Source of the DNA: Alphaproteobacteria bacterium
GTDB lineage: Bacteria > Pseudomonadota > Alphaproteobacteria > Elsterales > Elsteraceae
Assembly (NCBI GenBank): GCA_043721315.1
Contig: JAYSQZ010000036.1
Span: 533 to 64,532 of the forward strand
Reading direction: 5' to 3'
Length of the DNA: 64,000 nucleotides
A program made the position numbers and the translations under genes. How positions within the stretch are numbered: position 1 is the stretch's first letter; each line of letters starts with the position of its first letter. Shown piece after piece: positions 59,195 through 64,000 of the stretch. A model generated the notes under the pieces. The model did not search any database, was not told the origin of the DNA, and worked only from the letters and a program-made list of their open reading frames with translations.

Positions 59195-61927
59195 ATGGAT
59201 GATTTGCTCAGTGAGTTTCTGACCGAGACGGCGGAAAATCTATCGGTGTTAGATGTGGAGCTGGTGAAGCTCGAACAGAACCCCAATGATCCGCATTTGC
59301 TCGGTAATATTTTTCGCCTAGTGCATACCATCAAGGGCACTTGCGGCTTCTTAGGGCTGCCGCGCCTTGAAAGCGTGGCCCATGCCGGCGAAAATGTGTT
59401 GGGCCGGGTGCGTGATGGCGAGTTGATCGTATCGGCGGGTACGGTCTCGTTGATCTTGCAATCGCTGGACTGCATCAAAGGCATTTTGTCCGTCTTGGAA
59501 GCAACCGAAGCCGAACCCCCCGGCGACGATTCGATTCTGATCGCTAAGCTGAACGCGGTGGCCGGCGGGGCATCGGCAGATGAAGTGGCGGGTGTTACGG
59601 CAGTAGCCTCGGCATCGCCCCTTGCTGCGCCAACCTCTCCCCCGTTTCAGGCACCGTTTCCGGTCACTGCTCGGGGACCAATCGTCAGCGCGCCCGTTCC
59701 GGCTGCCGCCGCCCCTGTTCCCGCCGCCCCCGTTTCCGCAGCGCCACCGCCGAGCGAGCAAACGCGGGAAGTGGCGCGTGTCGAAGCCGCGCAACCCCCC
59801 GCCGAATTGGCTGATGAGCCTGAAGCCGCGCGCCCGGCGGCAGCATCCGCTCAATCGGTTGAGGCCATCAAAGATTCAGCTATTGCTGCCCAAACGATCC
59901 GCGTCAGCGTCGATCTGCTGGAAAACCTGATGACGATGGTTTCGGAGCTGGTGCTAACGCGCAATCAGCTTCTCCAAATCGTGCGCCGTCATAAGGACAG
60001 CGAGTTCACTGTTCCGTTGCAGCGCCTCTCGCACGTCACCTCGGAGCTGCAAGAAGGCGTGATGAAAACGCGGATGCAGCCGATTGGTAATGCCTGGGCC
60101 AAGTTGCCGCGTATGGTGCGCGATCTGTCGCTCGAACTAGGTAAGAAAATAGATCTGCAAATGATCGGGGCCGAAACGGAGCTTGACCGGCAGGTGCTGG
60201 AGTTGATCAAAGATCCGCTAACCCACATGGTGCGGAACTCTGCGGATCATGGCCTGGAAACGCCGGACGAGCGCAAGCGTGCGGGCAAGTCCGAGACGGG
60301 CAGGATTACGCTGAACGCCTATCACGAAGGCGGCCATATTCTTATCGAGATTTCCGATGATGGGCGCGGCCTCAATACGGAGAGAATTAAAGCCAAGATC
60401 ATCCAGAACGGCCTCGCCAGCGAGGCTGATTTGGATGGTATGGCTGAAGCACAGATCTATCAGTTCATCTTCAAGCCGGGCTTCTCGACAGCGGCTGCCG
60501 TGACGGCAGTGTCGGGCCGGGGCGTAGGGATGGACGTGGTTCGCACTAATATCGAAAAAATTGGCGGAACGATCGAGCTGAAATCGAAGTTCGGGCGCGG
60601 CTCAACCTTCGTCATTAAAATTCCGCTCACTCTGGCCATTGTGTCAGCGCTGATTGTGGAAAGCTGTGGCGAACGCTTCGCTATTCCGCAAATCAGCGTG
60701 GTTGAGTTGGTCCGCGCCAGCGCCGACTCGGAGCATCGTATCGAGCGAATTCACGGCACGCCGGTGTTGCGCTTGCGGAACCGACTGTTGCCGCTGGTGA
60801 GCCTGGAGCGTCTGCTGCGCCTTGATCGCCGGGAGGGCGATGCGACGACGGAGAGCTTCATTATTGTGGCGCAAGTTGGCACCTACAACTTCGGGATTAT
60901 GGTGGACCGCGTATTCGATACCGAAGAAATCGTCGTAAAGCCTGTTGCGCCGATTTTGCGGCACCTGTCGCTCTTCTCGGGCAATACTATTCTTGGCGAC
61001 GGTTCGGTCATCATGATCCTTGATCCGAACGGTATCGCGGCCTCCACGGGTGAAATGACCGTGAGCGAAAACGCGCAAATCGACGCGGCGGCTGCGCGCG
61101 ACACCCATGATCACGAGCGGACGACGCTTCTCATCTTCCGCGCGGGCGATGGTGGGCCGAAGGCTGTGCCCTTGTCTCTCGTGGCACGCTTGGAAGAAAT
61201 AGATCTTGAAACCGTCGAGTTCAGCCATGATCGGCCCATGGTGCAGTACCGTGATAAGCTGATGCCGCTCATCCCGATTGTGCCGGGCATGAAGATGCAG
61301 CGCACGGGCCGTCAGCCGGTGCTGGTGTTTGCGGATGGCGAGCATTCGATGGGGCTGGTTGTCGATGAAATCATTGATATTGTCGAAGATCGGTTGGCGG
61401 TTGAACTCGCGGCGGATCGTCCTGGCTTCATCGGATCGGCAATCATCGCGGGCCGCGCGACGGACGTTATTGATACAGGCCACTTCCTGCTGCAAGCCTT
61501 CGGTGACTGGTTCCATGCAGGCCGCGATAAGCTGTTCGATGGGCGCACGAAGGCCAAACGTATTTTGTTGGTGGACGATAGCCCGTTCTTCCGTAATCTG
61601 CTGATCCCGATTCTGTCGGTTAACGGCTTCTCTGTTACTTCTGCCGATAGCGCCGATGACGCGATGACGATGGTGGAGGGCGGTGGAGTTTTCGATGTTA
61701 TCGTGAGCGATATCGAAATGCCGGGTATGAATGGTTACGAGTTTGCGCGCGCAGTTTCGGCGAGCAAATGGGCCGGCACGCCAATGGTGGCGCTCTCCAG
61801 CCATACATCACCGCAGGATCTGGAGCGGGCGCGCGAGGTTGGCTTTACGGACTATGTGCCGAAGTTTGACCGCGACGCGCTCATCCAAACGCTGAACCAA
61901 CTGCTGAACACGGAGAAGGTGGCATGA
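59195..61927 (+). CDS. cheA: Hybrid chemotaxis kinase CheA (Hpt, dimerisation, HATPase, two CheW, REC)
   Basis: FRLVHTIKG, HMVRNSADHG, DDGRGL, SGRGVGMDVV, C-terminal REC (VSDIEMP). Confidence 0.97.
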   Translation: MDDLLSEFLTETAENLSVLDVELVKLEQNPNDPHLLGNIFRLVHTIKGTCGFLGLPRLESVAHAGENVLGRVRDGELIVSAGTVSLILQSLDCIKGILSVLEATEAEPPGDDSILIAKLNAVAGGASADEVAGVTAVASASPLAAPTSPPFQAPFPVTARGPIVSAPVPAAAAPVPAAPVSAAPPPSEQTREVARVEAAQPPAELADEPEAARPAAASAQSVEAIKDSAIAAQTIRVSVDLLENLMTMVSELVLTRNQLLQIVRRHKDSEFTVPLQRLSHVTSELQEGVMKTRMQPIGNAWAKLPRMVRDLSLELGKKIDLQMIGAETELDRQVLELIKDPLTHMVRNSADHGLETPDERKRAGKSETGRITLNAYHEGGHILIEISDDGRGLNTERIKAKIIQNGLASEADLDGMAEAQIYQFIFKPGFSTAAAVTAVSGRGVGMDVVRTNIEKIGGTIELKSKFGRGSTFVIKIPLTLAIVSALIVESCGERFAIPQISVVELVRASADSEHRIERIHGTPVLRLRNRLLPLVSLERLLRLDRREGDATTESFIIVAQVGTYNFGIMVDRVFDTEEIVVKPVAPILRHLSLFSGNTILGDGSVIMILDPNGIAASTGEMTVSENAQIDAAAARDTHDHERTTLLIFRAGDGGPKAVPLSLVARLEEIDLETVEFSHDRPMVQYRDKLMPLIPIVPGMKMQRTGRQPVLVFADGEHSMGLVVDEIIDIVEDRLAVELAADRPGFIGSAIIAGRATDVIDTGHFLLQAFGDWFHAGRDKLFDGRTKAKRILLVDDSPFFRNLLIPILSVNGFSVTSADSADDAMTMVEGGGVFDVIVSDIEMPGMNGYEFARAVSASKWAGTPMVALSSHTSPQDLERAREVGFTDYVPKFDRDALIQTLNQLLNTEKVA

Positions 61928-62421
61928 GCGAACTGGTTGCTTCAGGAAAACGGAACATTGCCCGTCAAGGCTTTGCCGCAGACGAACAACGCCAGTATGT
62001 GTCCATCACCATAGATGGGCAGATGTTTGGTATTCCTGTTTTAATTGTTCACGATGTGTTGGGGCCGCAGCGTATTACGCGCATTCCGCTGGCCCCTGCG
62101 GAGGTGGCGGGTTCGCTCAATCTACGCGGCCGCATTGTGACCGCGATTGATGTGCGCTTGCGCTTAGGGTTGATTCGGCGTCCCGCTACGATGGGCGGCA
62201 TGAGCGTTGTGGTCGAGCATTCCGGCGAGTTTTATAGCCTAATGGTCGATGGCGTGGGCGAAGTGCTAACCCTGTCGGCGTCGGAGTTCGAGCGTAATCC
62301 CGCAACGCTCGATCCGCGTTGGCGCGATATTTCGCTGGGCATTTACCGTCTGCAAGATCAGTTGCTGGTTATCCTGGACGTTAACCGTCTGTTAGATTTT
62401 ACGCGGCACGAAGCGGCCTGA
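61924..62421 (+). CDS. cheW: Chemotaxis coupling protein CheW
   Basis: GSLNLRGRIVTAID, LMVDGVGEV. Confidence 0.96.
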   Translation: MSELVASGKRNIARQGFAADEQRQYVSITIDGQMFGIPVLIVHDVLGPQRITRIPLAPAEVAGSLNLRGRIVTAIDVRLRLGLIRRPATMGGMSVVVEHSGEFYSLMVDGVGEVLTLSASEFERNPATLDPRWRDISLGIYRLQDQLLVILDVNRLLDFTRHEAA

Positions 62422-62502
62422 TATGCGGGAAGAGTCTCTCTTCCCGTCCCGAATAGGGTATACAGAGGCCGTAGTGTCATCCCAGAGAGTGGAGTAGGGC
62501 CA

Positions 62503-62868
62503 ATGAAATCTTGCCTCATCGTCGATGACTCGCGGGTCGTCCGCATGGTGGCTAAGAAGATTCTGCAGGAACTCGGTTTCGAGACATCGGAGGCAGAGGA
62601 CGGCAAAAAGGCTATGGAAGCCTGTCAAAAAGCTATGCCGGACGTCATCCTGCTGGATTGGAATATGCCCGTTATGAATGGGATAGAATTTTTGCGTGAA
62701 CTACGCGCCTATCCCGGTGGCGATGTCCCTAAAGTTGTGTTCTGCACTACCGAAAACGATCTGGCCCATATTATGGAGGCGATGGGGTCGGGGGCGGATG
62801 AATACATCATGAAGCCGTTCGATCAGGAAATCATTCAAAGTAAGTTTAGCCAGGTAGGTATTCTTTGA
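62503..62868 (+). CDS. cheY: Chemotaxis response regulator CheY
   Basis: LIVDDS, LLDWNMP, FCTTE, IMKPF. Confidence 0.95.
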   Translation: MKSCLIVDDSRVVRMVAKKILQELGFETSEAEDGKKAMEACQKAMPDVILLDWNMPVMNGIEFLRELRAYPGGDVPKVVFCTTENDLAHIMEAMGSGADEYIMKPFDQEIIQSKFSQVGIL

Positions 62869-64000
62869 TGATTTCCGGCACAGATAGCCGAAATCCCGGA
62901 CCGTCACGCTCGGAGATACCGCCGAAAGGCGGTGACGGGGTTATTCGCGTGATGCTCGTGGATGATAGTGCCGTTATTCGTGGTTTGTTTACGCGAGCAC
63001 TGGAATCCGACCCCGAATTGCAGGTCGTCGCTTCGGTGGGCGATGGTAGAATGGCGTTAAACGCGCTAAAGCGACAACAGGTCGATATTATCATTCTTGA
63101 TATCGAAATGCCGGTGATGGATGGGTTGACTGCCCTACCGCTGTTGCAAGAGGCTGCGCCAAGCGTACCGATCATTATGGCGTCGAGACTGACGCGCAAG
63201 AACGCCGACGTTAGCCTGCGTGCGCTGCGCGATGGTGCTAAAGACTACGTAACCAAACCGTCAACGACGTCTGAGCTAACCTCGGCCCATAGTTTTCGGG
63301 ACGAGTTGATTGTTAAAATAAAGGCGCTGGTAGGCCCGTCGCGCTCGCCCCGGCTGGAGATGCCGGGCATTCCTAAGCGCTTTACGAATGAAGATGGCAC
63401 GCAGACGGCGGGCGAACGCGCCCCGATGGTCCGCGTTAATCGCAGCGGCCCGATTACGTTGCGCCCACTGACGAATGATGTGCCGGACATTATCGCCATT
63501 GGCTCCTCCACCGGCGGGCCACAGGCGCTGTTTGCGGTGCTGGGTAATCTGCCAAAAACGCTGCGTCAGCCCATTCTGATTACGCAGCATATGCCGGCAA
63601 CCTTCACGACGATCCTGGCAGAGCATTTGACGCGCGTCACTGACCGTCCATGCCAAGAAGCGCGCGATGGCGATAGTGTTCAGCAGGGCTACATCTACAT
63701 AGCGCCGGGTGATTTTCACATGACCGTAGAGGCCAGTGGCCCGCAGCGGGTGTTGCGTGTGCAAAAGACACCGCCTGAGAATTTTTGCCGACCGGCGGCG
63801 GATCCGATGCTGCGGAGTTTAGCCGCGATTTATGGCCGTAAACTGCTGGTCATCATTCTTACGGGAATGGGGCAAGACGGTATGTTGGGCGCGCAAACAG
63901 TCGTGCAGCAAGGTGGTATGGTGATTGCTCAGGACGAGGCGAGCAGCGTTGTCTGGGGAATGCCGGGCGCGGTTGCTTATGCGGGCCTCTGTAGTGCCAT
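62868..64000 (+). CDS. cheB: Chemotaxis methylesterase CheB (3' end outside window; absent from the ORF track because it has no stop)
   Basis: Own translation from ATG 62868: VMLVDDSAVIRG, LDIEMP, IGSSTGGPQAL, TQHMP, ILTGMGQDG, VVWGMP. Confidence 0.96.
   Translation, partial: MISGTDSRNPGPSRSEIPPKGGDGVIRVMLVDDSAVIRGLFTRALESDPELQVVASVGDGRMALNALKRQQVDIIILDIEMPVMDGLTALPLLQEAAPSVPIIMASRLTRKNADVSLRALRDGAKDYVTKPSTTSELTSAHSFRDELIVKIKALVGPSRSPRLEMPGIPKRFTNEDGTQTAGERAPMVRVNRSGPITLRPLTNDVPDIIAIGSSTGGPQALFAVLGNLPKTLRQPILITQHMPATFTTILAEHLTRVTDRPCQEARDGDSVQQGYIYIAPGDFHMTVEASGPQRVLRVQKTPPENFCRPAADPMLRSLAAIYGRKLLVIILTGMGQDGMLGAQTVVQQGGMVIAQDEASSVVWGMPGAVAYAGLCSA

Noticed and set aside
59195-61927. CheA fused to a C-terminal receiver domain
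   Set aside because: A known architecture for this chemotaxis class.

Overview
Chromosomal window from a GC-rich alphaproteobacterium. The gene order looks Rhodospirillales-like, which is an inference and was not checked against a database. Bases 1-13.6 kb hold the S10-spc-alpha ribosomal protein cluster (rplC to rplQ, with secY, adk and rpoA). It is followed by degP-rarA-crcB-rluA-HAD-asmA-atp12 and mixed housekeeping genes (M14 peptidase, phytase-like esterase, DUF482, NDUFA12-mlaD-DUF2155, ptrB, phaZ, nadK, moaA/mobA, a divergent dapB). Further on are a GT9-GT4-GT4-AsnB envelope cluster, a Phd/MazF-like toxin-antitoxin pair, a tandem cold-shock protein with an RGG linker, a Zur-boxed metal-uptake operon, mscL plus an Hpt protein, icd with a divergent LysR gene, groESL, and chpT-cheAY-cheW-cheY-cheB (cut off at the right edge). 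The best novel-system candidate is a lower-GC, co-oriented three-gene island at 48.7-53.1 kb. It encodes an IaaM-type amino acid 2-monooxygenase with no adjacent iaaH, a secreted stand-alone single-Cache protein, and a chemoreceptor. A 17-bp TTAA-N6-TTAAGA motif lies upstream of both the monooxygenase and the Cache gene. A family of palindromic intergenic mosaic repeats with compensatory stem substitutions also occurs several times. I found no rRNA, tRNA, CRISPR array or transposase. All alignments were done by eye.
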